Counted from the stretch's first letter, positions 1-14,852 are shown. The stretch: 64,000 bases of DNA from Dicyema japonicum (GCA_011109175.1 RDEW01000037.1:283600-347599), one strand, 5' to 3'. Notes: generated by a model not told the origin, from the letters alone. Numbers and translations are program-made.

Positions 1-344
1 ATCAGTTGTTTACTTTAACTTTTTTCTCGGTGTATCCGGGGTTAATAAATAAATTAAATTTAGAGCTGTAATTGCAAAAAATGCGGTTTTGATAGATATT
101 AAGGCATCATTCATAAACCACATAGATCTCAACTACCAAACAGATTAAAAATACTTAGTTTTGGATATTGTTTCATCCCGATCAGCTATGAACCCTCTTT
201 GTTGGTTTGGTCAACGGGTAAAATAATTATAGTGAAATCAGAAAAGCAATCGTGTCACGGCTCAGAGACCCTCGGGAGCTATGAGGTTCAGTTAGCCCCT
301 GAGAATGATAACTTTCTTTTGGTAGACGAACCATAATCTTCACA

Positions 345-680
345 ATCAGACAGTGTAGTGGTTAATGCTGTCGTTTGTGTCAGGATTATCTGTGAATTCG
401 AATTCCACACCGTCACTTATCATGTCGAAGGTTTTCGTTCGGCTTTGAGATTTTCATAATCAGGCAGTGTAGTAGTTAATGCTGTCGTTTGTGTCAGGAT
501 TATCTGTGAATTCGAATTCCACACCGTCACTTATCATGTCGAAGGTTTTCGTTCGGCTTTAAGACCCCCAAAGGCTAATCGTCATCTAAAAAGGATCCTT
601 ACTACAGTGGAGGGATTCTCATTATGGTGGATAGTTGGAAAGGATACATCCCACTCGTACTGGGTGAACTGAATAAATTT
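345..680 (+). repeat. Probable tRNA-derived SINE of a second type (head duplicated)
   Basis: A-box-like CAGTGTAGTGGTTAA and B-box-like GAATTCGAATTCC; no complete cloverleaf. Confidence 0.45.
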
Positions 681-1060
681 GTGGAAGTTTGGTTTAATTT
701 CATATATAAATGATTGACCATGTTGTGATTTTAGAGGTTTTTTCTCATCATTTATTTAGTATTTCTATTAAGTGAAGAATAGATAGAAAAATCATTATTG
801 AAATGATAAGTCATCGTAATTATTTGTTGATTGGGAAATAACTTTACAATCTCTTATGCCGAACAATCTTTAATCCCAAAAGCATAGGAAAATCTGTAGT
901 AGCTGTGGTAGTATCTGTGAATTAATGATATCACAATCTAAGACCGCACTATAATAAAATATCATAAATATTTGTGGTACTTTGTGACAAATTATTAAAT
1001 TTCAATAAGGAAAACTAACAAATCTGTGATATAACTCAACAATTAGAAAAGGTTAAGGTA

Positions 1061-2557
1061 TCACTGATTTGTGATTATGTAGTTGATCAGTTTGCTGGCA
1101 AAACTCCCACTAACAAGTCCGGCAGAAGTGAAGATAAAAGTCAAGAATCCTGCCTCCCTTTCATAACCTGGGGCATATCTATGATAATTCGGGTCGCAAG
1201 TACTCAGGGGCATAGGTTGCGATTAGACTGGAGTAGTAACCGTGAGTGATGGAGAATATGATTGTGCAAAAAATAAAAAACCAGTCAGGGATTAAAACCG
1301 GTAAAACACGAATTGCAGGTGAACTGTTTGCGTATATAAAAATGAGAATAAAAGCAATCCTCAATACTGCAGGAGTAAATGCATATTTACGTGATGGCTA
1401 AGATTATCAATAATACTACAAATCTAATATACGAAGGAATAGGAGACATAACAAAGGCTAAAATATTAAAGATAACGAATGAGCATATTATTCCATACCA
1501 ATCATCTAATATCACTACAACTAAATTACCAGTTAGGTGGATATTGGGATTTTGTGGAGCAGAAGTCCTCATGACTGTTGGGAATACGGACAAGGTGACT
1601 ACGTAAACCAAGTATGTTGATAATATTGCGGGATAACACTATTTTTATATAGCACAGTACCATTTTAAAGGCAATGATCAGTCTCTTGAGGTCTTCAACA
1701 ACTTTTACCTTCAATGAGATTTTAATCTCATCTGAAGATTTAGCATTTGCATAGAAAGGCTAAATTACTTTAATGACTACCAGAGACATTATCTTCTTGC
1801 ATAAATACAGTCCCAGGAGACATAATAAGCCAGCGACTGAATAGTATATGGCAACCAGTCTCCACGTTCCAATTCTAGCTATTTACTGAGAATGAAAACT
1901 TACCCACTATCAGCAACACGAAAAACAAAGTGGCAATGACTCCACATAAATTCTACCAATGAAATACTTGAAACCACCATTCCTGTAATCAATGAAGGGA
2001 AGAGGTTATCTTTTTCTTGAAATGCTCCAGCCATGGCGAATAGAGATACTTGCATCCACCCAGAAGCCACTAAAATAATTTTATGTACCGTAACCTTGCA
2101 TGACAGAAATCATAAAGTAGTGAAGATAAATAAACTTTACCTTCCTTTAAAATAAGGCAAAATGAAAATACATTTGGTGGTATCAACCAAAGTAAGGATA
2201 GTCAATATAACAAATCCAACGAATAAGACAATTACAGTCAATGAGATATGATATACCTCTGTACCCCTGTCTTTAGTTTAATCTGATACTTTTTGGGACG
2301 GTAGAAAAAACTGCCGACAGCAATAACGAATATCATGGCTTGGGAGATAATCACAATGTCATTAAAGAGTGAATTTCGCAAGGCAATCACTTTAGGGTTA
2401 GTGTCTGAGTTGAGTATGTATTCTATGTAGTACTAGTAATATGCTATTTATAATACCTCTGTGGCTATGTTGATGGTGATGTTCCACGTGATGAGTAGGA
2501 CAATTCCAAGAACTACAAAAAAGATTCTTTAATTGCAAATGAAGACTACCTTTCCAT
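1061..2557 (-). CDS. Equilibrative nucleoside transporter (SLC29/ENT family), 13 exons, about 403 aa
   Basis: Manual splicing of 12 introns of 21-27 nt gives MERIFFVVLGIVLLITWNITINIATEYY...VASGWMQVSLFAMAGAF...VTLSVFPT...FSITHGYYSSL...AGLVSGS, all typical ENT motifs. Intron 4 has an acceptor anomaly (see findings). Confidence 0.9.
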
Positions 2558-2769
2558 TTTGTATTAATAATTGTGCTAAATTTATTTTAGTATTTATTGC
2601 GTCAATTTGTGGCTTGAATTTTTAAGATTGTGTCTTCAATTTACTCATTAAATTGATTAATTTAACATTTGGACAAAGTCAAGGATTAGACTCTCACCAA
2701 TTATAATTTGTGGATTTAGGTGTGGTAAGTCTGACATATTACAAATTATTAATATATTATGGGCAATAC

Positions 2770-3199
2770 TCTTGTCCTGAACGATGCTGCATTCTGGAAG
2801 TCTTTTAAAGATCTGCTAGTGTTATCTAACCAACATCGTTGTTCCTGTTTATTGTCTGAGACGTCTTTCGAGATTGAGTTTGGGGTACCTTTCTTGATGA
2901 TAAATGTGTCTGTATTGGGATCTCATTATGACTGAGATTAAAAGTCAGAGTGCCGCACCTGTAACGATGCGGAGATCAGATTGACTGTTTTGGCCTACAC
3001 CTTCTGCAGGAAGAATGCAGGCAGATCTCACAGACATATAGCCTTGAACGAAGTCGTTAGGCTAGCTTTGGACATCGCCAGACACCCCTCCATGCTCGAA
3101 CCAATCGATCTTTGCAGACATGACGGGAAACGACCAGATTAGATGGCCATCTTCCCCTTTGAAGTCGGAAAACTTCTTGTCTGTCTGAGTTAATAAAAC
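2770..3199 (+). mobile_element. CRE-like fragment, running into an assembly gap
   Basis: Nucleotide similarity to 25430-25860, including [25 protein letters not shown]. Confidence 0.75.
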
Positions 3200-6100
3200 N
3201 NNNNNNNNNNNNNNNNNNNNNNNNNNNNNNNNNNNNNNNNNNNNNNNNNNNNNNNNNNNNNNNNNNNNNNNNNNNNNNNNNNNNNNNNNNNNNNNNNNNN
3301 NNNNNNNNNNNNNNNNNNNNNNNNNNNNNNNNNNNNNNNNNNNNNNNNNNNNNNNNNNNNNNNNNNNNNNNNNNNNNNNNNNNNNNNNNNNNNNNNNNNN
3401 NNNNNNNNNNNNNNNNNNNNNNNNNNNNNNNNNNNNNNNNNNNNNNNNNNNNNNNNNNNNNNNNNNNNNNNNNNNNNNNNNNNNNNNNNNNNNNNNNNNN
3501 NNNNNNNNNNNNNNNNNNNNNNNNNNNNNNNNNNNNNNNNNNNNNNNNNNNNNNNNNNNNNNNNNNNNNNNNNNNNNNNNNNNNNNNNNNNNNNNNNNNN
3601 NNNNNNNNNNNNNNNNNNNNNNNNNNNNNNNNNNNNNNNNNNNNNNNNNNNNNNNNNNNNNNNNNNNNNNNNNNNNNNNNNNNNNNNNNNNNNNNNNNNN
3701 NNNNNNNNNNNNNNNNNNNNNNNNNNNNNNNNNNNNNNNNNNNNNNNNNNNNNNNNNNNNNNNNNNNNNNNNNNNNNNNNNNNNNNNNNNNNNNNNNNNN
3801 NNNNNNNNNNNNNNNNNNNNNNNNNNNNNNNNNNNNNNNNNNNNNNNNNNNNNNNNNNNNNNNNNNCATCCAACAGCTAGTGCAGGACGCTTCCACATGT
3901 CTCTGATGTTCACAGGAGGTCCCGTGAAAGAAAAAGCTTCTTTTAGAATCAATGATAATTGGTCTGCTGAAGAAAGACAAGACCCAAATTCGTCTCTTAA
4001 TTTTCGATGTGAATCACGAAAATTGGATATTATGTTCTACATCAGGCATGTCAAACGTGTTGGCCGCACAAAGGATTGTTATACAGTATACGACATTATG
4101 GTGGGTTGCTTTATTAAAATGAGACCACCAGAGAAAAGCAGTGAATATCTGTAAATGGCATCAAATTGACAGGCCATGGTTATGAGCTCTCTACGTGGTT
4201 TATACGTTTAAACTTTTTTTAACTTTAGCAAATTTTATTAACAAAGGAAAATAAAATATTTATTATTTTGAGGTTTCTTACTACAAGTCCTGCTATAGTT
4301 TGGACTTTCCTACTGCGACCTTAAACCTTTCTTATGGTTCATTCCGTGCTGCAACAAACGAGTCAAGGATAGCATCTCTTTTCAGGAAGTTTGCCATCAT
4401 TTTCTCTGTTACTTCTCTGATTGACACTAATAGCAAATCTTTGTTTTCATCTAAAATCTCGTCGAGCTGTTTGTGTAGGAAAATCATGATACCTGTTCTC
4501 CTCGATTTTCAAGAAGCAAGATAAAACACTCCTTGTTTGCAGTGTAATATCACCCATCATGTCCATGGAGGAGCGATGGAATGATTGTACGTGAAAAAAT
4601 AAATAAATAAATATCCGTTTCGAGCATGGTGTGTTTTTTTCCTTCGGAGTTTAAAGTCGTATAACGTACTCCAAGTTTTCCAAAAAGTTGTTCCAAAATA
4701 CTTCAGTCATTTCACAGTATTGATTCCACACAGGGAGCCTTGTCGATTCCCTTTCAATTTCGGCGAAAAACTTCATTGCATTAAATTTTTCTTCTGACAA
4801 CTTATCCTTGGAGATAAAAAAAGTCTCTCTCTAATCTCTTCTATATATATTGAGTCTCCTCTCCGAGCTCATACCCCATCTTGACACATCAGGCAGTAGT
4901 ACTTCGTCTGCGTATATCAGAGATTTCTTCTGACAACTTATCCTTGGAGATAAAAAAAGTCTCTCTCTAATCTCTTCTATATATATTGAGTCTCCTCTCC
5001 GAGCTCATACCCCATCTCGACACATCAGGCAGTAGTACTTCGTCTGCGTATATCAGAGATCTCGAACTTGGTGACCTCGTGACAGGAAACATGCCATCAG
5101 AAAGTTAAAAATAGATGGCTTAAATTGATATCTGTGAGACTCTCTCTTCAATTCATATGCTTAAACTTTACGGTCGCCTTTAAATATGAACTTTCCCAGA
5201 ACAACAATGCGTGCTTCCACGTGATTAGAGAACTTGGTGCTTACGTCCATAACATGAGACTGAAATTGTTACATTTATTGGCTATAATTTTAAAAAATTT
5301 TAAAACAATAATTAACCCAGGATACACTGAAAAAGAAGTCAACAGTAAACAGCTAAGTGTATTCAGTTTCCATTGCTACAGAAACAGTCTTTCAAAAGTC
5401 CAAACAGAAATAGCATAAAAGGTAAAAGAAGTCCATTCCTTGCAGTTGTGGAAACCCATCCAGTGGAGTGGGGGAGTGCAAATGATCATTTTTCGTGCCA
5501 GCCTGGCATTGGGCACAACTGAGACAAGTGGATCACATGACGCTACTCTAGTAAGAAGGGNAAGAAGTCCATTCCTTGCAGTTGTGGAAACCCATCCAGT
5601 GGAGTGGGGGAGTGCAAATGATCATTTTTCGTGCCAGCCTGGCATTGGGCACAACTGAGACAAGTGGATCACATGACGCTACTCTAGTAAGAAGGGGAAT
5701 AGTTTTTATTGAGAAGTAATTTCAATAAGTATAATTTCATTCTTCACCTTATCGCGGAGGTCTATTGATTCTGGCATGAGTATTTGTCTTTATAGCTGAG
5801 TCCACCGGGATTTCAACTCTCTGAGATTTGACTATGATATTGACAGATTCCGTCTTCAGTCTCTTTGACTTCTTGATGCCGTACATTCTGCATAAGTGAA
5901 AATGTATGCATCTAGTTGAAGAAGACACCATTGTTTCCACTGACAAACCACCCAACGAATCCAACAACATCAATATTTTCATCTTTGCAACAACTATAAA
6001 TTATAAACTGGAGCCATTTCCGATACCATTAATCAGAGATTTCTGTTGATNCATTCTGCACAAGTGCAAATGTGTGCATCTAGTTGAAGAAGACACTATT

Positions 6101-8874
6101 GTTTCCACTGACAAACCACTCAACGAATCCAACAACATCAAAATTTTCATCTTTGCAACAATTATATATTATAGACTGGAGCCATTTCCGATACCATTAA
6201 TCAGAGATTTCTGTTGATATTTCTAAGACTTACTTGGGTGAAACTGAAATACTCATCAATCTCACCATTGTATCTTCTCAGTAAATATTTTTAGATCAAT
6301 AATAGTAAGTTGTTGGTAGTATACGTCATCAATAATGATTTTGGGATATAGAAAATTTTGAAAATTTATAGAATTTTGCTTAAAGGATCCATGACTAATA
6401 CAAAAAGCAGCAAAGACAATGAATCTCTTTGCAATATACCACTATTTAATTTGACAATTCAAATCCTTTCTCTGTTGAAATGTATAATAACTTTCCACTG
6501 GATTGTCAGGCTTTTCGCAAACCTTCCAATCCGAATTGGGCGGAAAGAACAGTCCATGGCAGAGAAAGCCATGGTCTACAGAGTCATACGTTTTCTTTAC
6601 AGCAATCCAAGAAGCGAATAGTTTGTATTCAATGTTTATGCAATTATTTATTAAAGCTTGCTCCTACGCTTTTTGACACATCCTCTTCATCCCCAATTGA
6701 TTTTCAGAACACTTCCAAATATTAGGCAAGTTTTGAGTTTACACATATTGCAACCAATTTATGTAATATGGGCATACATGTGATACGACGTAAATCATTA
6801 GGCGATCCACAGGCAGACTTTTTAGGCAATAAATAACTCAACGTTAATATTTATAGTTATTATGACTATAAATTATTTACAAGAGAAAAATGAGCTATAT
6901 AAAAAAGGTTGAGAAACACTTGACTAGTCAAACTTTTCAATCTAAGATGAATAAGGATTATGACCTTGATTGCAAGCTAAGAAACCACATGGAAAATATA
7001 AGTATAATTACAGCCCACATTAGTGAATGCATAATTTAATAACAAAAATAATATGTCCCGCCCGGGTTACCCATCCAGTGCTGGTTACATTTCACCTGTC
7101 AATCCACTTTTCACATGTCATTTCTTATCAAATCAAAGAATTTACAGCATGTCACCTGTCATCAAATCAACAATAATTGGTTTCTAATCAAAGATTTATT
7201 TTTTAAAGTCTATATTTTCTTGACTCTACTCATGTTGAATATTTTTAATNCTTTTCACATGTCATTTATCAAATCAAAGAATTTACAGCATGTCACCTGT
7301 CATCAATCAACAATAATTGGTTTATAATCAAAGATTTATTTTTTAAAGTCTATATTTTCTTGATTCTACTCATGTTGAATATTTTTAATTCTCCTGATAC
7401 TGCCTTAATCTGTGATAAAAAGTTAAATAAACCTCTACTTGTGGTTTGACAAAATTTAAGTAATGTTACTTGGTTCTTCATTAGCAATGGATTAGTCCCA
7501 TAATCCATTAAAACTCGTATCTGAATTTATTTGCTAAAAATAATTCATTTTTTCTTTTGTTCATCCTGATACTTTAATGCAAAAAACCATTCTTTTATTC
7601 ATCCGCTTGAGATAAGCTGAATTTAGATTTGCTGGAAAAAATTAAGATCAAAATGAACTGAATCTAAGTTTTCTAGCAGACTTGATATAATAAATACCTA
7701 AAACATCTAAAATATGTTCCACGTTAATATTTTTTGATGTTTGTGGAAAAGCATCATCCGAACTCTCATTTTCTATGAAATTAAAAAAAATAAACTTTTA
7801 TACTCAGGAATGACTGTGTTTATTCGTGAAACTCCTCTCAGTTTTATAAATTTAACAACTCTTTCAATAATTTTCCGTTTTATTGAAAGGGACGCGTCGC
7901 CACCACATAAGATAAAAACAAAAAGTAAACAAAAAAATTTCATTTTCAAGCACAGTTGACCGAGGACCTCAATCGTTATGGATTTTCAGTCGCTTGTTTT
8001 CAAGAGACAAAACTAAACGAAGATATGGATGAACTAGTAACGGGTCGGCAGAAGCGAGCTCGCGAGTCTTTGGTGGCTCTTTAAGTCTAAAAGTAGGCTC
8101 CTTCATTTTGTTATTTTTATACTCATTTATTTGTTTAAATATATGATTTTTGTAAAATTATTTAAAAATTTACATTTTTAGTCTTAAATTTTGCTTCAGC
8201 AAGAAGGCCATTAATGAGATGTCTTCGAAAGTAACTATTCAACAAGTTACTGACCTGAAATTGCCTAATTCGATTTCGATAACTTCATATTTGGGTACAC
8301 TTATATGTGTGAACAAAGTTTTTCACATATGAATTATATCAAATCTAAGTTAGGGAACAAAATTACAGTCTAGAATCAAACCTCAAATGAAAATTGACTA
8401 GCTACGACCCAGACATCAGACAACTGTCGAATGAAATGAGGAATCATATCTCTCATTAATGAGACTTTAATTAATTTTATTTTTTTGAAATGATTTCAAT
8501 AATAATTATTGGACTTTTGATTATGATAAGTGGCAAGCAACTAAAATGTGGCTCTTCAATTTTTCGTAATTTCCAAAAATGTCAAAAAGTGGTTTTTCTC
8601 CAGAAGTATTTGCCGACCCCTGAACTAGTGGGACCATACAGAATAATTTTACTTAGACCAGGATGTCGACGCTATGAACAAGGTTTTGCGATAAACGATA
8701 TCCCAACTCGATTAGAAAGTGCTGGAGAATCAGTGCATGATAACAGTATTACAATTAACGACGGAGAAAATCTGAAAATTATTAATGCATATGCTGACTA
8801 TGTGTATAATAATAACACCAGAGACCACGGTTACACAAGCTAACCAATCACGTAATCCCAGCACGCTCTAGCAA

Positions 8875-9062
8875 GGACCTCATCTTGGCCCGATGCTCCT
8901 CCCTCGACCACACACAAGCACGTATCGATCGAGTGAGTGGGCCTTCGAAGTCACGACGGTGCGTTCCATGGTTCATTCGTATCAAGACCTCAAGTGGCAA
9001 TGGTGGCTGGAACTCTCCAGAAATCCAGAGTTATGTGATTTTGGAGGTTCTTTTTTGGCTAG
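8875..9062 (+). repeat. Interspersed repeat; inverted copy at 62920-63107 and a diverged copy at about 43385-43520
   Basis: Shared gtcacgacgg.gcgttccatggttcattcgtatcaag...aactctccagaaatccag. Confidence 0.75.
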
Positions 9063-9179
9063 CCTCGATCTTCAAGACATTAGTCCAAGAGATGAGTGGG
9101 AAAATGAAGAATGATGGAAACATATCAATTAGTCACACAATTAAAAGAATATTGAATAATAAAATATATACAAATTAAT

Positions 9180-9800
9180 AAAAATGCCACTGTTAACATC
9201 AAGAATAGTCAAATTACGTTGTGAAGCATCCTGTATATGTCTTCAAAGTTATCAAAAGAAGCTGAATAGAATTATATTTTCCGATGAATGTAAATTCAAC
9301 CTTTTCTACTCAGATGGAAAGCTTTTTGTTTGGCGAAAACCCAATAAGGGGTATGAACCCAAAACACTGTGGGGGTAGTTTGGACTAGTTTCTCATATTA
9401 TGGTGTCGGTAAATTATTTTTTATTGATGGGATAATGAATAAATTCAATATATATTGATATTTTATCAAATAATTTGTTTTCTTTTGCAGAAAACAATGA
9501 AGCTTTCTGAATCTATGTTCCAGCAGGATAACGATCTTAAACACACTGCAAAGCTTACAAAACGATTTTTAAGTGAAAAATGTTGAATTGTTGCAATGGC
9601 CTATCAATCCACTTGTATAATTAGTTATATACTAATTATCAAATAATTTGTTTTCTTTTGCAGAAAACAATGAAGCTTTCTGAATCTATGTTCCAGCAGG
9701 ATAACGATCTTAAACACACTGCAAAGCTTACAAAACGATTTTTAAGTGAAAAATGTTGAATTGTTGCAATGGCCTATCAATCCACTTGTATAATTAGTTA
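9180..9800 (+). mobile_element. Tc1-like transposase remnant
   Basis: IIFSDECKFNL, VWRKP, GVGKLFFIDGIMN and FQQDNDLKHTA. Confidence 0.85.
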
Positions 9801-9949
9801 TATACTAATGGCTGGTGTTATGGGCTTACAAATTATTACTATTATCCTTATAATTATTATTAATATCCTTGTGTTTTAAGTTTAATAAGACTTAGATCTA
9901 ATACACTTGCAACCGACAAACAAAGAAATTATCTACCAAGAAATAAATT

Positions 9950-10790
9950 TGGAAGAGGCCTCGATTCTGTAAGTAACAAAACAGAACGAATGCTCCTCCG
10001 ATTTTACGGTGACTTGGAACATAAGGCCTAAGAAGAGCGGGAATACTACGGGTCATTAACTTAAAAAAACGCACATGGCCACTATCGTAGAATTCATTTC
10101 TCGAAAGTACAACATTGAAAATGTGAAGGAATGAAAATATTGAAATTATGGAAATACAGTATGAATATTTATTGGGAAAATGAGAAGAAACCGCTGCACT
10201 CTATTTTATTTCACTGTTCGAAAGACACAGAAGTGAATATTGCTGAGTCCTCTGGATGGCTAGTGCATTGAAATAACTCCCCTATAACTGAGGGAAGGCT
10301 GTGTCTACATAAGGATTTTAAAATGTTTTTTGATAACGGAGAAACTAAGTGCGGAAATTGCAAGTCAGCAAAGAAGACAGTCGATCACCTTGCAACTAGG
10401 TGTGGGAGAATGCTGAATAGCTAATATCTCAGGCGGCATAATCAAGTGGTCAGATGTTCACATTTACATCTCTGCCGTAAATATGGAATAAGAACAACTA
10501 AGAAACTGAAGACCCATTCAGTACAATCTGTTGCCGCTAATGAATTTGTAGAAATTCGTGTGAACACGACGATCAGTACGGATACGGATGTAACGAATAA
10601 CAAACTCGACATTTTTGTTTATGATAAACAATACGAGTACTCTTGTTGAAATTGGGATAACTTTTCAAAACTACCTCAAGCAGGTCGAGATAGAAAAGTT
10701 CCACAAGTATGACCGACTGGCGAACGAACTAGAGATTATCCATCAGGCAAAGGTGAAAATAATCCCTGTGGTCGAATTTGATTATCCATC
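9950..10790 (+). mobile_element. R4/Dong-like RLE non-LTR retrotransposon 3' part
   Basis: CCHC knuckle CGNC...TVDHLATRC, RRHNQVVR, KYGI...HSVQ, NNKLDIFVYDK and LVEIGIT...EK..KY. Confidence 0.8.
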
Positions 10791-11355
10791 ACGTAAAGGT
10801 AAAACTTGGGATGAAATTGTCTCCGAGTTATGACAAAATGATCAGCAATTTCAATATTCCCAGGTAACAACAGTGTTTGGTTGCCTACGCCCAAGTCATA
10901 TAAAAGACTTTGCTTTTGTCGTCGCTTCCGATGCGAGAAACATTTAATCAACCTTATAAAGATTGTCACTGGCTAAAATTTCCAACTATGTTCACGGACT
11001 ACTGTTTTATGTAGAAATCATGGTCGATTCCAGGATCTCCAGACATAGATAGCATTTCCAATCTCCACCTGATAAACGGTGCTGAACAAGCCAAAAAAAA
11101 TAATAAATCTAAGTTGTGNCACTGGCTAAAATTTCCAACTATGTTCACGGACTACTGTTTTATGTAGAAATCATGGTCGATTCCAGGATCTCCAGACATA
11201 GCATTTCCAATCTCCACCTGATAAACGGTGCTGAACAAGCCAAAAAAAATAATAAATCTAAGTTGTGGATAATAAAACGTCCGTTGCACTATTTATAAAG
11301 GTGACGGATAAAGGCAAAGTATAGAATTGTTAATCGTATAACGAAATATGTAAAG

Positions 11356-14300
11356 TTAATTTATGATACGTTTAATATAGGATATATTCTGAGATGATAA
11401 CAACTTCATAAAGGAACGAGAGAGAAAACTCCCCATGCCGTCATTCCCATAGAATGGTAAATTACTAAACTCAGTAAATATTTCCTGAGAATGTGGCATT
11501 CTCTCAGATTTATACAATTCGAGAGCAGACTCAATAATCTAGTCAATATAGCATAATACAAACCATTTCAATTTTTAGAGGTCCTTCGATTAAAATATTG
11601 CCCAACCCAGGGACAAACGAGGCAATAACCGTTAATGTCTATTAAGTTGAAAGTCAATACCTCAATTATTATTTGTTGGTAGGCAGGATCCTTAACCTGC
11701 TCCAAGAAATCAGTTATAAAAATAGTAAAATTAGAATAATCAGAATTCTGGATATAAATCATAGAATTACCTCGGAAATAGTCAAACCTTGGAAATATAA
11801 TCCGGATTTGAATTTTTTGAGAATTTTTTTGATTTGATGAAAAAACTTAGAAGGTACTCTACCGAGAAGAGCATTGATGATTCTAATATTTCCAAATTGG
11901 CTGAACTATAATAAATACAATTAAACCCATCCCATGATTTATCCTGAATGTCAATCACCAGTAAGTCAACAAGTAACTGATGGATCCTTGATGGAGACAG
12001 ATTGAATAATTTTGATTTAATTGAAAAACTGTTGACCATAATCTCCAAAGCCCGAATAAATGACCCGATTCGAATATTCACAATATCATGAAATAGTTTA
12101 GGATTGTCAGATATAAGGACTCCCAAATTAAACAACACCTCCTGTTGCAAGCTCACGTGGGCAGGGTTTTCTGACATACACAATTGGTAAATCCAGTCGA
12201 TAATCTGATTGGGACTGGTGGGCTCTCTAACAGTCACAGTCTTACACCCATGGATACCAAATGTTACCTAAAATATTCACACTGCTTACAGATTTTCCAT
12301 AGCCAATAATAGTTGTGACCAGAGGGGCCAACGAGTGAACTGTTTTCCTCATCAAAGCAGAACAAAGTCTGGCAACGTGCCAATTCTCAGTGGAAGATGC
12401 CTTTTCATAGAACTCTGATATATATTTCTTAAGTTCAGGACTCTCAGGAACAAAGTCTGGCAACGTGCCAATTCTCAGTGGAAGATGCCTTTTCATAGAA
12501 CTCTGGTATATATTTCTTAAGTTCAGGACTCTCAGAAGATGATTTAGTCCTTTTAATAATTTCGATGACAGAGAAAACTCTATCAATCAATGGACAATAA
12601 TCATTCCTGGCAATATCAGTCAATCTATTTATATCAAATGAGTCATAATCACTCTAAAAGTACACAAATTATCAAACCATGCTCATTTCTGAGGTCATGT
12701 CAAGACTATTGGAAGATAGGTTAAGGAACCCGTCAAATGTAGAATTTCCATAAACTTCCTCAAATCTTTCGATTCCTTGCACAGAATTAATGAAATCGAG
12801 ATATTCAATAGCAGAATTAGCTAACAAGTTCTATGACTTGTCATAATCTAATACCTGAGCTCTTCCAGCGACCACTTTGACCCCATCTACGAATCCGTTT
12901 TTGATTTTAGAAAGCAAATCTAGACAAATCCCAGCTTTGGAGCCTCTAGGAATCCACAAAATAGATTGAACCTCATCATTGACTCATATATAATAAAACA
13001 AAACATCGGAAGACTTCCTAACTTCCAATTCCGGGCAATGTCCCTCATTGTGTGCTAAAATAGAGGATTTATATGACTTTGATTGAATTCATAACGAATT
13101 TTGTGTCATTCCATAAGAAAAAGTCATCAATGTCGAACATTAGAGGAAAACATATTACTGTCTTTCCGCATATTTTGAAGACCTTTGAAGAAGATAGGAA
13201 TCCAAATGGTCTCTGAGGACGACCAGTGAGTTTAAGATCAAGATCAGATCCAAGATTTTCAAAAAGCTTGACAATTTGGGAAGTCTTCCATATCTCGATG
13301 GGATAAATGTCGTTTGGGGTTTGAGTTTGTATCCCAAAGTCGAGCAAAAGAGCCTGTAAACTCTTACTTTCAGAGATTTGCACGACTTGAATCACCATAT
13401 TCGGCTGTCCCCCTTGGAAATGAGTATATCTGCTATATTTCTTAGGTCTTTTACTTCCAGGGAGATATCTTCTAATCGGGTCAACGTCAGATCTGTGAAT
13501 AATACGTCCATCTATAATTATTCACAACTATACTTAGAAATGAATACAGAAGAGACAATGAATTTATCAGCAGATTGAACTCTGGATGTTTCTTACCTAA
13601 CAAAATTGACTCATTTTGAATTCTCTCTGATTCTGAAATGTTTAGATGGAGGTTAAAATCTAAGTATTATCTCAAATGCACCCATATTCTCAGTGAGTTT
13701 CTCCAAAATAGAGGTATAATCGACCTGAACCTGTTCATTCCTCCAGAACACTCCATTAATTATCATCAGAATGCAATATATTGAGTACATTGGCATGTCG
13801 TGGCTCTATCATTATCCTACTATAAATACATCACTCTCTAGTAGTTTTGTCCCAAGGATCTTTGAAACATTTTCTACCACATGGGTTAGAATCTCAGAGT
13901 CATGAATGGCAAAACTGGGCCACCCAACAGCCAGTAAAATCTCCAAGTTGAATTCCTTTAATACTACCACGTATATACGTTGATTTCAAAGTCTAATAGT
14001 GTCTTGAGTGTGTTAGAATTTCTATTATGGGCATCCACATCGACATATAAGACTGAAAGTGGGGATCCCTCAGGTCCACAAAGATTAAACCCATTGGCAG
14101 TCTCCAATGCAGCCTTAACAATTCCAATTGTACTTTAGCATTCAAAAACTAAAAATACCATGAATGTAATCCAGTTTTTGTCTGATCAGCCCAAATATTG
14201 TACCCGGGGGATCTATAAGTACGTTCAATGTAATATATTAGGTTTTGTATAAAATTTACTTCACTTTTACAGTAAATAATCTAAAATAAATATTTAAAAT

Positions 14301-14852
14301 AATAAAATAAATACCTGTAGTCCGCTGGTTATCATTTGAGTGATAAATATAATAAATAAACCTGTGATATAAATCTGAGTTCACAACAATCAGAACCTGT
14401 CTATCTTTTAAATCATTGTTCTTCACTGCTAGCCCAGTTTTCGCATCAAAAGATGAGCTGAGAGCATTTTCTATAGACTGGTTATATTTGAATTTCTCCA
14501 ACTATTAAATCAACCGACTATAAAGACCCTTTCAGTCTGCTGCATCCAACAGTAAAGTATTCCTCTCATTCCTTTGATAGCAGTATGAGAGAGTTCATAT
14601 TGTATTCCATTACTGCAGTCAAATCGTCTTAACTATATAATAAAAGTACTTGTATCCTTCGGAGAGTCCCCAAAGAGTATAACAGCAAAATAAACTATCT
14701 CTCAGATGGCAGATATTAGACACATCATCAAGACAAAATAGACCAGTAGTTATGTTTTGGTATCTAATTATGCTCTTCCTTGCTTTTAAATATGAAAATT
14801 TTAGTTTTTTCTCAGTCAAATAGGCACTATCCTTGTATGTATTTCCGTACAT
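11356..14852 (-). CDS. PHKB: Phosphorylase b kinase regulatory subunit beta-like, about 19 exons
   Basis: Spliced translation includes IIRYQNITTGLF, QIIYCKSEVNFIQNLIYYIERTYR, VKAALETANGFNL, GIQTQTP...LTGRPQRPFGFLSSSKVFKICGKTVICFP and VKDPAYQQIIIE. It has 18 GT-AG introns of 22-34 nt. An 88-bp tandem duplication at 12360-12535 shifts the frame and is probably an assembly artefact. Confidence 0.9.

Noticed and set aside
12360-12535. 88-bp duplication frameshifting PHKB, and similar N-free duplications (350-560, 4790-5060, 9460-9810, 23050-23290, 40840-41010, 53975-54260, 63195-63490)
   Set aside because: These are most likely gap-filling artefacts. The gene is otherwise intact, so pseudogenisation or programmed frameshifting is not supported.
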